Under the pieces are notes generated by a model, which saw nothing but the letters and a program-made list of their open reading frames with translations, made no database searches and was not told the DNA's origin. From Synechococcales cyanobacterium VAR_4_metabat_354 (lineage in GTDB: Bacteria > Cyanobacteriota > Cyanobacteriia > Cyanobacteriales > Chamaesiphonaceae), in NCBI GenBank assembly GCA_031414775.1, contig JANOQI010000062.1:1-64000 (forward strand): a stretch of 64,000 nucleotides of DNA, written 5' to 3'. Position numbers and translations under genes: made by a program. Below, one piece after another: positions 31,078 to 40,375 of this stretch. Numbering within the stretch: the stretch's first letter is position 1; each line of letters starts with the position of its first letter.

Positions 31078-32313
31078 TTATACCCCGACAGCAACGGGGC
31101 TGCTATCTTTGCCGGAAGTATACATATCTTGGCCATCACCCTGGCGCGGATAGACCTGACAAATACGACGATGAACAGCTAAAGCCTCATCTAATTCAGT
31201 CCGAGTTAAGTCATTCATGAAAAAGCATTCACCAATCGGACAGGGAGCTGCCGCTCTTTGCTGGCCATCGCGAGTGCGACTAATCGAGGTAGTTGCTTTC
31301 CACAACAATTCGGGAGTGAGGTAGGGGCTATCGATCGCTAAGCCCAAACGACTCATCAAGCCAATAATGCGATCGCGATCGAGCACTGTAATATAGCCAC
31401 GTTGTTGGGCAACGGTAGCTGAAAAAGCCATGTCAATGCTGACGCTATGGCCGTGGAACATTGGGATGTCGGGGGTCAGCTCTAGGGTAGGACTCCAGGT
31501 ATGGCCATAGGCAATTACCCGATCCAAATCTAGTTCGTGGAGGTTGGGTACTTCCAAAGCCAACATCGATTGGATGGCATTATAAGTCAGTTGGTGCGCT
31601 ACTTGCCGTAGTTGAGTCGTGCCATCTAAATACCCAAAGTGGCTTTGCAACAACGCTTCGCCATGGTTTTCTAACAACTCAAATATTTCTTTGTTGCCAA
31701 CTACCGCAATCTTAATCAACTCCGCCATCCCGTTACGAATTTGATCGATCGGCAGAGTTTTTAGAAAGGAAAAATCCAAAATAACTTTTTGGGAAGCATG
31801 ATACGCCCCCAGACGATTTTTTAGCTTGCCATGGTTGACAGCAACCTTGATTGCCACACTAGCATCGATTAAACCAATCAAAGTCGTGGGCACTCTAATA
31901 TAGTTGGTACGGCGACGATAAGAAGAACAAGCAAAACCAGCAACATCAGTGGTTAGACCACCACCCACTACCAGAACTGGCTCTTTGCGAACTAGCCCAA
32001 AATCAACAAAGGCATCAATGATGCTTTCTACCGTCTGGAGAGTTTTATCAGTTTCTTTGATAGTGACCGGAAAAACTGTCAAATCGATATCATAGTGCTG
32101 GAAATAATCCCGCATCTGGGTGCCATACAGTGCATATACTTTAGCATCTACCACCATTAAACAACGGCCAAATTGCTGATAACTGACAGCAATCTCTGGA
32201 TTTTCTTGCTGAAAGGCACCATTCACATAAAGTAAACTAAAGTCGATTTTCTCATATCCTTCGACGTGGAAGGCTTGATCTGTGGCTGTAAAAGTTGCTT
32301 GAATGCCAGTCAT
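31078..32313 (-). CDS. mysA: Demethyl-4-deoxygadusol synthase (sedoheptulose-7-P cyclase)
   Basis: [40 protein letters not shown]. Confidence 0.93.
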   Translation of the reverse strand: MTGIQATFTATDQAFHVEGYEKIDFSLLYVNGAFQQENPEIAVSYQQFGRCLMVVDAKVYALYGTQMRDYFQHYDIDLTVFPVTIKETDKTLQTVESIIDAFVDFGLVRKEPVLVVGGGLTTDVAGFACSSYRRRTNYIRVPTTLIGLIDASVAIKVAVNHGKLKNRLGAYHASQKVILDFSFLKTLPIDQIRNGMAELIKIAVVGNKEIFELLENHGEALLQSHFGYLDGTTQLRQVAHQLTYNAIQSMLALEVPNLHELDLDRVIAYGHTWSPTLELTPDIPMFHGHSVSIDMAFSATVAQQRGYITVLDRDRIIGLMSRLGLAIDSPYLTPELLWKATTSISRTRDGQQRAAAPCPIGECFFMNDLTRTELDEALAVHRRICQVYPRQGDGQDMYTSGKDSSPVAVGV

Positions 32314-32696
32314 AAGTGTATTGATGTAGTTAAGTAGATGTTTAGTGATTTGGCAACAGCGTCAGACTAGTTTCCATGAAAAAATAGGGCAAGTAATCGA
32401 AAAAAGTTCTTTTAAAAAGCCTGGTTATTTTTTCGTGAATATTGCTCTTGCCAGTAGGAATGACATGATGAAGAGCTTCATCTAGATTTTGATAAAAGTT
32501 TCTTCGAGTACGTTGACGCTAGTACTAGCTCCACACATAACTTAACGGATTTCTCATTTTTATTCAACATTACCGGTAATAATGCATGTTTAAGTCTCTG
32601 AGAGTAACTAAAGATTAAACATTGCTTAAGGAAAAACTTTGGTAGTATGGGTCTTCGGTTATATTGAAGGTGAATATTTAATTTTGGGCATGTATC

Positions 32697-32819
32697 ATGG
32701 ATATCAAAGTAATCCTGCCAATTCTATCGATCGCCTTTGGCCTTTGTTGCCTATTTTTTGGCACGCGCAATGGTTTTTACAATTCAGGCAATTATCATGG
32801 CAATGGTTCAGCCCATTAA
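32697..32819 (+). CDS. ndhP: NDH-1 subunit NdhP (40 aa, below the ORF-track cutoff)
   Basis: MDIKVILPILSIAFGLCCLFFGTRNGFYNSGNYHGNGSAH*; the C-terminus matches the NdhP signature. Confidence 0.9.
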   Translation: MDIKVILPILSIAFGLCCLFFGTRNGFYNSGNYHGNGSAH

Positions 32820-32846
32820 ACCTATTGTTTTTGTTGGAGAAGTTCA

Positions 32847-34376
32847 CTGCCTGCTAGTAACGAAGATTTATCTTGTTTTGCCTTTGCGGCCGGTCATGGC
32901 GATGAAGGTGTGTGTTTATTCATCAAAATTGGCCCGTACCAAATTTTGTTGGATTGCGGCCTAGTAGATGTGGCCAAACTGGCGACTACTAATCTGTCGT
33001 TAGTCTGGTGCAGCCATGCTCATCCCGACCATGCTCAAGGTTTAGCGGCCCTGCATGAGGCTTGTCCTCAAATTCCCATTTATGCCAGCGAAGTGACAGC
33101 GGAGTTACTGCAAAATGATTGCTGTCAAGCGCTGCCCTGGAATTGTCCGATCGAACTCCAAGAAGGTCTCACCGCCGAGATTATGCCCGCTGGCCATTTG
33201 CCAGGTGCTGCCGTCATTCTGTTTACCTATCAAGGTGCGGAGCGCAGCTATCGCCTCCTTTATACTGGTGACTTTTTTCTATCTAATTCGCGGTTTGCCG
33301 AAGGGCTGTCTTTGACAGACATTCGTGTTCATCGACCAGATGTGTTGATCGTGGAAGGCAGTTATGGCACTGCTCGCCAGCCGCATCGCCGCCAGCAAGA
33401 AAATACTTTGATTGAGCAAGTGAGCCGCACACTTCAGCAATATCGATCAATCGGTTTGTTGGCACCACAGCTGGGGCAAGCCCAAGAAATTCTGTTACTG
33501 CTGAGGAGTCATCATCTATTCACGGGTAGAGATGTCGATCTGTGGGTGGATGAATCGATTGCCGAAGTGTGTGATCGCTATTTGCGTTGTTTACCGCATT
33601 TACCTGCTACTGTCCAAAATTTCGCGCGTAACCAGTCTTTGTTTTGGGATGAAAAGGTCAAGCCCCGCGTGCGGCGGTTGAGTGAAAGACCAGCCGGTGC
33701 AGCGTCTGGCAGTGAAATTTTGCTAGTGAGTGACGCGAACCAGTTGCCAATAGCTCCTGCTGTATGTTTGGTGCCCCAGCGCTTGGGTGCAGAAATAGAC
33801 AACAACACTTATCTTTTGACCGATCATTCTGATGGTGTGGGCACAACGCAGCTTATTCATAATTTGCGTCCTCAGCATGTGATTTTTGTGCATGGCTCAC
33901 CGACTTATTTGGGAGATTTGACGGGCTTGGATGAGCTAAATAGTCGTTATCAGCTCCATTCGCCAGCCACTGGCACGTTAGTAGAACTTCCAATCGGGGA
34001 CAGCTTTATGCAGTCTACAGTACCAATTGAAGTGGGCTATCAGGGTGAACTTACTGCCGATGAGGAATCTGTGACAATCTCTTTATCTAGTGGTGTCACT
34101 ACTGATCCGCGCTGGCATAATCTGTCTGATACGGGATTAGTGGAGGCGCGGTGGCAAGGAGAAGAGCTAGTGCTGCGTGGGATCACGGCCAAGCAATTGC
34201 TAAATGAAGCCTATGGTAATAAAGTGGATAGTGCGATCGCTTGCTGTGCTAATTGTCGTTATCAGCGCGGTAATCGTTGTGGTAGTGAAGATTCAGTTTT
34301 GTATGGATTTAAGGTCACACCTACCGGAGTTTGTCCAGCTTTTGCGGGGCTGGATAACGAGGAATTTCAGGGCTGA
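32847..34376 (+). CDS. MBL-fold/beta-CASP metallo-hydrolase
   Basis: LLDCG, SHAHPDH, AGHLPG, YTGD, VHG, Cys-rich tail. Start uncertain (CTG 32847 versus GTG 32910). Confidence 0.8.
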   Translation: MPASNEDLSCFAFAAGHGDEGVCLFIKIGPYQILLDCGLVDVAKLATTNLSLVWCSHAHPDHAQGLAALHEACPQIPIYASEVTAELLQNDCCQALPWNCPIELQEGLTAEIMPAGHLPGAAVILFTYQGAERSYRLLYTGDFFLSNSRFAEGLSLTDIRVHRPDVLIVEGSYGTARQPHRRQQENTLIEQVSRTLQQYRSIGLLAPQLGQAQEILLLLRSHHLFTGRDVDLWVDESIAEVCDRYLRCLPHLPATVQNFARNQSLFWDEKVKPRVRRLSERPAGAASGSEILLVSDANQLPIAPAVCLVPQRLGAEIDNNTYLLTDHSDGVGTTQLIHNLRPQHVIFVHGSPTYLGDLTGLDELNSRYQLHSPATGTLVELPIGDSFMQSTVPIEVGYQGELTADEESVTISLSSGVTTDPRWHNLSDTGLVEARWQGEELVLRGITAKQLLNEAYGNKVDSAIACCANCRYQRGNRCGSEDSVLYGFKVTPTGVCPAFAGLDNEEFQG

Positions 34377-35125
34377 TGAAAAAGCTACTGATTTTGGGTG
34401 GAACTGGCGATGCTGTGCAGCTAGCAAAACAAGCTGCTGCCCTCGGCTTTGACGTGATTTCTTCTCTCGCTGGCCGCACCCAGCAATCTCTCAGTGCGAG
34501 TAATGCTGGTGCCGTGCGGATCGGTGGCTTTGGCGGAGTTTCAGGACTGGCCGCCTATCTTCACCAAGAAAATATTGACCTGCTGATTGATGCTACTCAT
34601 CCCTTTGCCCAACAGATTTCCTGGAATGCGGCTGAGGCTGCTGCTCTTGGCGGTATGCCCCGCTTACTGCTATGTAGGCCAGCCTGGGAGCCAATCACTG
34701 GCGATCGCTGGTTTCCAGTCCAGAATCATGCTGAAGCTGCCGCGCTGTTGCCTGGTTTGGCGCAGCGCATATTTTTGACGACCGGCAGGCAAGAATTAAG
34801 TAGCTATGCTCATTTGCAGGAGTTGTGGTTTTTGATGAGATCGATCGATCCACCTCCAGCTCCTTTGCCTCCAGGAGAGATTGTTTTGGCTAAAGGCCCT
34901 TTTACACTGATGGCTGAAAAGAATTTGATGTTGCAACATCAAATCGAAATCATTGTCAGTAAGAATAGTGGTGGAGCCGCCACCTACGCTAAGATTATTG
35001 CTGCAAGAGAATTAGGATTGCCGGTAGTGATGATTCAGCGGCCAGCCATGCCAGCAAGTCTACAAGTCGTCACTATCGATGCTGCATTACGATGGTTAGC
35101 ACCACAGTTGCCAGGAGAAATGTAG
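34376..35125 (+). CDS. cobK: Cobalt-precorrin-6A reductase
   Basis: LILGGT, GGFGG, IDATHPFA, SKNSGG. Confidence 0.92.
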   Translation: MKKLLILGGTGDAVQLAKQAAALGFDVISSLAGRTQQSLSASNAGAVRIGGFGGVSGLAAYLHQENIDLLIDATHPFAQQISWNAAEAAALGGMPRLLLCRPAWEPITGDRWFPVQNHAEAAALLPGLAQRIFLTTGRQELSSYAHLQELWFLMRSIDPPPAPLPPGEIVLAKGPFTLMAEKNLMLQHQIEIIVSKNSGGAATYAKIIAARELGLPVVMIQRPAMPASLQVVTIDAALRWLAPQLPGEM

Positions 35126-35146
35126 TTATCTATGGATGATGACTAA

Positions 35147-36349
35147 TTAGCGCTTAATTACACACCATTGGGTGATGGGTGCTGAGGCTTTCCAGCCAAG
35201 AAATTTACCGACAGGTTCAGCGTGTTGGATCGCAAGGCGGCTCAAATTTCCTCCGTACTGATATTGAAGCTGAAAAATCCGTTGTTCCGTTTCTACTGTG
35301 ACGGCGTTGGCGACCAGTCGTCCACCGACTCTTAGGTGGTGCCAGCATTTTTCAAAAACATCAGGGATCGTTAAGCCGCCGCCGATGAAAATGGCATCGG
35401 GCATGGGTAAGTCATCGAGAACTGCTGGGGCTTGACCAGCAATGATTTGGAGGTTGGGCACACCGAGCATCGCTGCATTATGGGCTAAATTTTGGCGACG
35501 TTGGGGATGTTGTTCGATCGATATCGCCAGGTTACGAGCATTCGATCGCATCCATTCAATGCTGATCGATCCATTGCCAGCACCGACATCCCACAGTAAT
35601 TGGCCAGGTAAAGGTGCTAGCGCTGCTAGTGTCACCGCTCGGATTTCGCGTTTGGTAAGCTGTCCATCGTGGTCATAACTATCATCTGGCAAACCAGGCG
35701 ATCGAGACATCCCCGACATCGTACTGGGGCAGTTCAGGGCGATCAGGTTCAGTTGGGCAACTTCTCGTTCTGACCAATCAGCCACACTACTGCTAATGAT
35801 TTTTTCAGCAGCGCCGCCAAGGTGTTCTAGCACTGTGATCTGCACATCACTTTGGCTTTGTTGATTTAAGATATTGGCCACTAGCGCAGGGGTGTAGCGA
35901 TCGGCACTCAAAGCCAAAATTCTGGCATTGGGGTAAAGGAGAGCGTTGATTAGGTGCGGATCGCGACCACAGAGGCTAACAGTCTCAATCTCGGGTAATG
36001 GCCAACCGAGCCGACTAGCGGCGAGGCTGAAGGCCGAGGGAGCTGGGATAATCGTGATTTGTTCGATCGGAATGTGTCGAAGAATAGTGGTACCAATGCC
36101 GTAGCACAGTGGATCGCCACTAGCTAAGATGCAAACGGCTTGGCCACGATGCTGTTGAATGAGATCGATCGAATCACTAATTGGTTTTTTCCAAGTCAAT
36201 TGTTGCTGGCTAGTGGCTGGCAGCAAGGATAAATGTCGCTCACCGCCCACCACTAAATCGGCTTGCTTGATGAGGGCGTGGGCAACTGGATTCAGACTAT
36301 CCAGACCATCATCGCCAATCCCAATAATTGATAGCCATCGATCGATCAT
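35147..36349 (-). CDS. cobL: Precorrin-6Y methyltransferase/decarboxylase (CbiE/CbiT fusion)
   Basis: ASGDP..YGIG, GQLTKREIR, WDVGAGNGS, FIGGG. Confidence 0.92.
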   Translation of the reverse strand: MIDRWLSIIGIGDDGLDSLNPVAHALIKQADLVVGGERHLSLLPATSQQQLTWKKPISDSIDLIQQHRGQAVCILASGDPLCYGIGTTILRHIPIEQITIIPAPSAFSLAASRLGWPLPEIETVSLCGRDPHLINALLYPNARILALSADRYTPALVANILNQQSQSDVQITVLEHLGGAAEKIISSSVADWSEREVAQLNLIALNCPSTMSGMSRSPGLPDDSYDHDGQLTKREIRAVTLAALAPLPGQLLWDVGAGNGSISIEWMRSNARNLAISIEQHPQRRQNLAHNAAMLGVPNLQIIAGQAPAVLDDLPMPDAIFIGGGLTIPDVFEKCWHHLRVGGRLVANAVTVETEQRIFQLQYQYGGNLSRLAIQHAEPVGKFLGWKASAPITQWCVIKR

Positions 36350-36479
36350 GAGCACTAACTTTAATTACGGCTATTTCACCGCCTATTGTAACTGTTGCTC
36401 AGTTATAAAATTGCTGATTTTCAATGTTGCCAATTCGATCGTGGCTACTTTCAAAATTACTACAATATGAATTATATAC

Positions 36480-36658
36480 ATCTAGAGTAATAGTGTTTAA
36501 ACTGAGACAGTCCAGTCTAAACACCCAATTCAGGGTGTTATGCGAATGAATATCGTGCTAATTTCCCTATTTTCTAGGGTATAGGCGGACAGGTGTCGGT
36601 ATATATGCCTGGTTTAAGGGGGTTATACTGAATCCGTCAGTATAACCAGTAGTTAGGC
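36480..36658 (+). promoter_or_regulatory. Conserved cassette-array leader with attI-like site
   Basis: TGTTTAAACTG-N8-CAGTCTAAACA (36494-36523); perfect IR GGTTATACTGA-N5-TCAGTATAACC (36621-36647); core GTATAAC-CAGTA-GTTAGGC (36640-36658). Homologous to 46100-46196. Confidence 0.7.
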
Positions 36659-36738
36659 TTCTCATCTATTGTTATTGAAGCAACCTAGCAAATTGATTTG
36701 AAAGCTACATTTACATTAAAATTTGATTTTGTTTAAAA

Positions 36739-37404
36739 ATGAAAATAGACCAGAAAATAATTCAGCGAATGGATGATTTGTTGGCAGCAGGAGAAAGTGT
36801 TCTTTGTACTAAAAAAAGCCCTTCTAGCAATTCAATTGGTTTTGACTCATTAGTTAATTCTCAAGATGCTTACCAATGGTTTACAAGTGTTCAAAATCTT
36901 TTAGTTAGGGTTTTTGGTGAGGAAAGTGAGCACTATAAAAATTTTAGTGCACAAGACAAAAAAAGACTAACATATTCTCATGTTTATCGAGCACAAGGAA
37001 TTCTCAAAGCTGCTAAAGATGATTACGAACATGAACATCTTTTTGATCTAAAGAAGATAATTGAAGCAGAAGTTTTTGATGATTTCTTAGATCAAGCAAA
37101 TGCACTATTGGAAGCAGGTTATTTCCAACCTGCCGCAGTTATTGCTGGAAGTGTTCTTGAGGATGGATTGAGAAAGCTCTGTGTAAAAGAAAATATATCT
37201 TTACCTCCAAAACCGAAACTTGATTTAATGAATGCAGAATTAGCGAAGTCAGGATTGTATAATAAACTTACTCAAAAAAAGATTACGGCAATTGCGCATA
37301 TTAGAAACAATGCTGCGCATGGACATTGGGATCAATTTGAAAAACGGGATGTGCAAGAAGCTATATCTTGGATAGCCCAGTTCATGGAAAGTAACTATGC
37401 CTAA
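36739..37404 (+). CDS. HEPN/DUF4145-like protein (cassette 1)
   Basis: AAVIAGSVLED..RNNAAH (RxxxxH); AT-rich; stop codon lies inside the attC R'' box. Confidence 0.7.
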   Translation: MKIDQKIIQRMDDLLAAGESVLCTKKSPSSNSIGFDSLVNSQDAYQWFTSVQNLLVRVFGEESEHYKNFSAQDKKRLTYSHVYRAQGILKAAKDDYEHEHLFDLKKIIEAEVFDDFLDQANALLEAGYFQPAAVIAGSVLEDGLRKLCVKENISLPPKPKLDLMNAELAKSGLYNKLTQKKITAIAHIRNNAAHGHWDQFEKRDVQEAISWIAQFMESNYA

Positions 37405-37488
37405 CAAGCGGCTGCACACGGAACTAGTTATTACTCTGTCGGTTATGATGCAAAGTGTTTAGCTGTCCGGTGAGCGTGACCGTTAGAC
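37399..37488 (+). mobile_element. attC site 1
   Basis: GCCTAAC...GTTAGAC, 90 bp. GCT[G]CAC[A]CGGA pairs with TCCGGTGAGC, leaving two extrahelical bases. Confidence 0.88.
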
Positions 37489-37523
37489 CGCTCAGTAAAA
37501 ACTTTTTAGGATAGTTCCCGTCA

Positions 37524-37913
37524 ATGAACCTCGAATTCAGCCGTCGTCTTGCCCTGTTGGGGATTGTTCCACCCATAGCTGATACCGTTCGTCGTTGGCA
37601 CCAATTGGGTGACTTAAAAATCTGGCCTTTTTGGTTAGATGATTTTCTTCTTGGTGGTTTTCTACTCTACGGTGCATGGTTGACACAAAAGGATGCGAAC
37701 AATGGTAGACGCTTTCTTTCGGCTGCTTGGGGGTTTGCTTGTGGCATGGTGTACCTCAGTTTTTTCGACCAGATTACTTCTCTCGACAAACCCGATCCTG
37801 CCCCGATCCCTTCTGAATGGGTCGCTGTAATTAAAGGAATATTCTTCTTTCTTGCTGTTTTGGGATTGATTGGAAGTTTATGGGGAAACCCTAGAGAGTC
37901 TAGGCGACATTGA
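37524..37913 (+). CDS. Hypothetical membrane protein (cassette 2)
   Basis: 129 aa with several hydrophobic segments, directly after attC1. Confidence 0.65.
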   Translation: MNLEFSRRLALLGIVPPIADTVRRWHQLGDLKIWPFWLDDFLLGGFLLYGAWLTQKDANNGRRFLSAAWGFACGMVYLSFFDQITSLDKPDPAPIPSEWVAVIKGIFFFLAVLGLIGSLWGNPRESRRH

Positions 37914-37983
37914 TAAGTGGGACTGAATTGATCATCTGTCTCAAGCTAAAATGGAAGCGTCAAGTCGCAGCGAGGACAACCCC

Positions 37984-38259
37984 ATGACAGTTCGACAACC
38001 CCGATATAGCAAAGAAGAGTTCGCCCAGCGCGGCGATGTACTCTATGAGTCTCAGATTCGCCAACAAGTCGAAAAAGGCAATCATGGGAAGATAGTGGCG
38101 ATCGACATTGAAACCGGAGCCTTTGAAGTCGCAGACGATATCGTAACCGCATCAGAGCATCTTCTCACCAGAGTGCCGGATGCCCAGACTTGGTTTATCC
38201 GCATTGGACACCAGGCTGTATACCATTTTGGTGCGCGGAGTCTGAGAAAATTCGGATGA
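37984..38259 (+). CDS. DUF5678-like small protein
   Basis: MTVRQPRYSKEEFA.RG..YE..GKIVAIDIETG..WFIRIG. Confidence 0.65.
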   Translation: MTVRQPRYSKEEFAQRGDVLYESQIRQQVEKGNHGKIVAIDIETGAFEVADDIVTASEHLLTRVPDAQTWFIRIGHQAVYHFGARSLRKFG

Positions 38260-38624
38260 TACATGGAATAGTCAATCAAAATTGTGAAGCGATCCTTTCT
38301 GTTGTCGTAAAGAATGACACTAAAACACAACTAGTTGATGTAGTAGTCGATACAGGTTTTTCCGGCTTTCTGACTCTGCCCTCTAGTATGATTACGGCTT
38401 TGGAATTAGTTTGGAAGGGGCGTGATGTTGCGACTTTGGGAGACGGCACTTCCTGTATTTTTGAAGTTTATATTGCAGTTGTAATCTGGGACGGGCAATA
38501 CCGCACGATCGACATCAATGAATCAGAAACTATTCCTCTAATTGGGATGCAATTGTTACGAGGCTATGATTTACGGATTCAGGCAATAGAAGGTGGTAGT
38601 GTTACAGTCAGTCTACTAGAGTAA
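38256..38624 (+). CDS. Clan AA aspartic protease
   Basis: VVDTGFSGFLTLP catalytic motif, PLIGM; ATGA overlap with the upstream gene. Confidence 0.85.
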   Translation: MIHGIVNQNCEAILSVVVKNDTKTQLVDVVVDTGFSGFLTLPSSMITALELVWKGRDVATLGDGTSCIFEVYIAVVIWDGQYRTIDINESETIPLIGMQLLRGYDLRIQAIEGGSVTVSLLE

Positions 38625-38631
38625 TTCTGGT

Positions 38632-38661
38632 CGTTCGCGCAGCGTTGCGCCAGCGAATCGC
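38632..38661. repeat. SDR5-like short repeat inserted in a CG^ATCG site
   Basis: CG-TTCGCGCAGCGTTGCGCCAGCGA-ATCGC, two mini-hairpins. Confidence 0.45.
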
Positions 38662-38662
38662 A

Positions 38663-38744
38663 GGCTAACAAACCAGTTGGGGTTGGCATTCTCTAGAGAT
38701 GCTAGCTCAGACACAACATTGTTTGCTCAACCAGAACGTTAGCC
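38663..38744 (+). mobile_element. attC site 2 (degenerate)
   Basis: GGCTAAC...GTTAGCC, 82 bp; GTTG/CAAC inner boxes imperfect. Confidence 0.65.
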
Positions 38745-38799
38745 TCTGAGTTATCTGTGGGAACGTAACTGGAAACTTATCTGTAGGTTTGTGCGGTAA

Positions 38800-38896
38800 G
38801 GGCTTGTAAAGAAACAACTTCATGTTTTGAGGCTGAAAGCTTTTCCTTGTCGGGAAACTACCGATCGAAACCATGAGCTTATTTTTTTACAGCCCC
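38800..38896. mobile_element. 97-bp MITE
   Basis: Imperfect 25-bp TIRs GGGCTTGTAAAGAAACAACTTCATG / CATGAGCTTATTTTTTTACAGCCCC, with TAA on both sides. Confidence 0.65.
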
Positions 38897-38987
38897 TAAG
38901 TGATTCAGGAGTCTTGGGTTAGAACACGGTCGGAGTATCTATCGATGGGGTGAGGTTGCAAAAAAAATATCCAGGTAGAATTTACCT

Positions 38988-39200
38988 ATGGAAAATCGAA
39001 GTAGATCCGGCTTTCGCACACGCCTATTAGTATTCTTCGCTTTGGCGTTTGCCTGGTCGTGGGTCTGCTGGCTCCTGACTTCAGTTATTAGACCTCAATT
39101 GCCCTCTTTAGCTGGGGTAAATTTTCTGGTGGTTGGCTTCGCATCACGATTATGAGACCTGTCGGTGGACGGAACGGACTGCGTATCTGGCTCGATTTGA
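38988..39200 (+). pseudogene. CPBP (CAAX protease/Abi) N-terminal remnant
   Basis: LLVFFALAFAWSWVCW, then frameshifted GGRNGLRIWL. Confidence 0.5.
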
Positions 39201-39221
39201 TGCCGACAATCGAGAAATTAT

Positions 39222-39563
39222 ATGGAAAGTAAAACCAAACTAACACTGATTAAAATCATTCATACTGCGATCTAGGTATTCTTCAATGTTGTAATTTTCT
39301 ATATGCTGTATGCCGCGATTGCCAATAAACTCGATCACTGGCTCTGGATCGGTTATGGACTTATCGCTCTAGAAGGGCTAATCCTACTCACTTTTAAATC
39401 CCACTGCCCATTAAATCTGCTGGCTCGAAAATACACCAATTCCACCCAGGACAATTTTGATATTTATCTTCCCAGTTGGCTAGCCAAGTATACAAAATTA
39501 ATCTACACCACTATTTTCGCGATCGTTACAATCATCACCATCTATCAAATAATGTCGAATTAA
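39222..39563 (+). pseudogene. Small membrane protein with internal stop
   Basis: MESKTKLTLIKIIHTAI*VFFNVVIFYMLY..CPL..NFDIYLP; TAG at 39273 is in frame with the 39303 ORF. Confidence 0.7.
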
Positions 39564-39589
39564 AAAATACCAAAACACTGGAGGCAGTA

Positions 39590-40351
39590 ATGACCAAACA
39601 AATTTCTCTTGATGCGCTATGGGATTCAGCCACATCTCAGGATCGTATATTCCGCTTAGAGGACTTCACGCACCTGCCAGAAGTCGCCAGACGATATCTT
39701 GAACACGCGATCGAACCTGGAACAAAGATCGCTTCTGCGGTGCGGTGGAAAATGCACGGCGAAATCAAATTAAAAAAGTGGATTCCATTCACAGCCGAGC
39801 AAGTCGTTTGCTGGGAACATGGACTGATTTGGAGTGCTACCGCATGGATGAATAGCTTCTTGCCCATTGTCGGCTCGGATCGGATCATCGACGGCATCGG
39901 TGCGATGCAGTGGAAGCTGTTAGGATTATTCCCTGTGATGACGGCGAGTGGTGCTGATATTACGCGGTCTGCTATTGGTCGCCTCCAATCAGAGTCACTC
40001 TGTTTACCATCTGTGTTCTGTGGCGATGATGTTTCATGGACAAGCACAGAGTCGTCGGAATTAGACTCCAATTTGCATTCCAGTTTTGTCGTGCAAGGTG
40101 AGCGAGCCGAACTAGACTTCACGATCGATCGAACAGGTCGTCTCAAAACCTTCAAGCTACCACGCTGGGGCAATCCAGACGATACTGAGTTCCGTTGTGT
40201 GGACTTCGGTGGAATTTTGGAGGAAGAGAGCACATTCTGCGGCTACACCATTCCGACCCGGCTACGGATTGGCTGGTACTTTGGCTCCGATCGGTTTGAG
40301 CCGGAGGGCGAGTTCTTTCGAGCCACGATCGATGATGCAATCTATCGATAG
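39590..40351 (+). CDS. DUF6544-like protein
   Basis: LPEVARRYL, W.PFTAEQ, KLLGLFPV, GW..EGEFFR; GGAGG RBS upstream. Confidence 0.7.
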   Translation: MTKQISLDALWDSATSQDRIFRLEDFTHLPEVARRYLEHAIEPGTKIASAVRWKMHGEIKLKKWIPFTAEQVVCWEHGLIWSATAWMNSFLPIVGSDRIIDGIGAMQWKLLGLFPVMTASGADITRSAIGRLQSESLCLPSVFCGDDVSWTSTESSELDSNLHSSFVVQGERAELDFTIDRTGRLKTFKLPRWGNPDDTEFRCVDFGGILEEESTFCGYTIPTRLRIGWYFGSDRFEPEGEFFRATIDDAIYR

Positions 40352-40375
40352 AACAATCTACGTCAAAGGATAAGG

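Noticed and set aside
36356..36480. Cobalamin riboswitch upstream of cobL
   Set aside because: No B12-box or GGGAA core recognisable.
36537..36543. GTTATGC as the attI crossover
   Set aside because: Homology between the two leaders continues ~35 bp past it, and cassette 1's attC complements GTTAGGC at 36652 instead.
36356..36740. Integron integrase gene or remnant beside the array
   Set aside because: No ORF or tyrosine recombinase motif here or near 46200.
39637..40233. 198-aa antisense ORF (and other short overlapping ORFs in the track)
   Set aside because: Shadow frames of recognisable genes on the opposite strand or in another frame.
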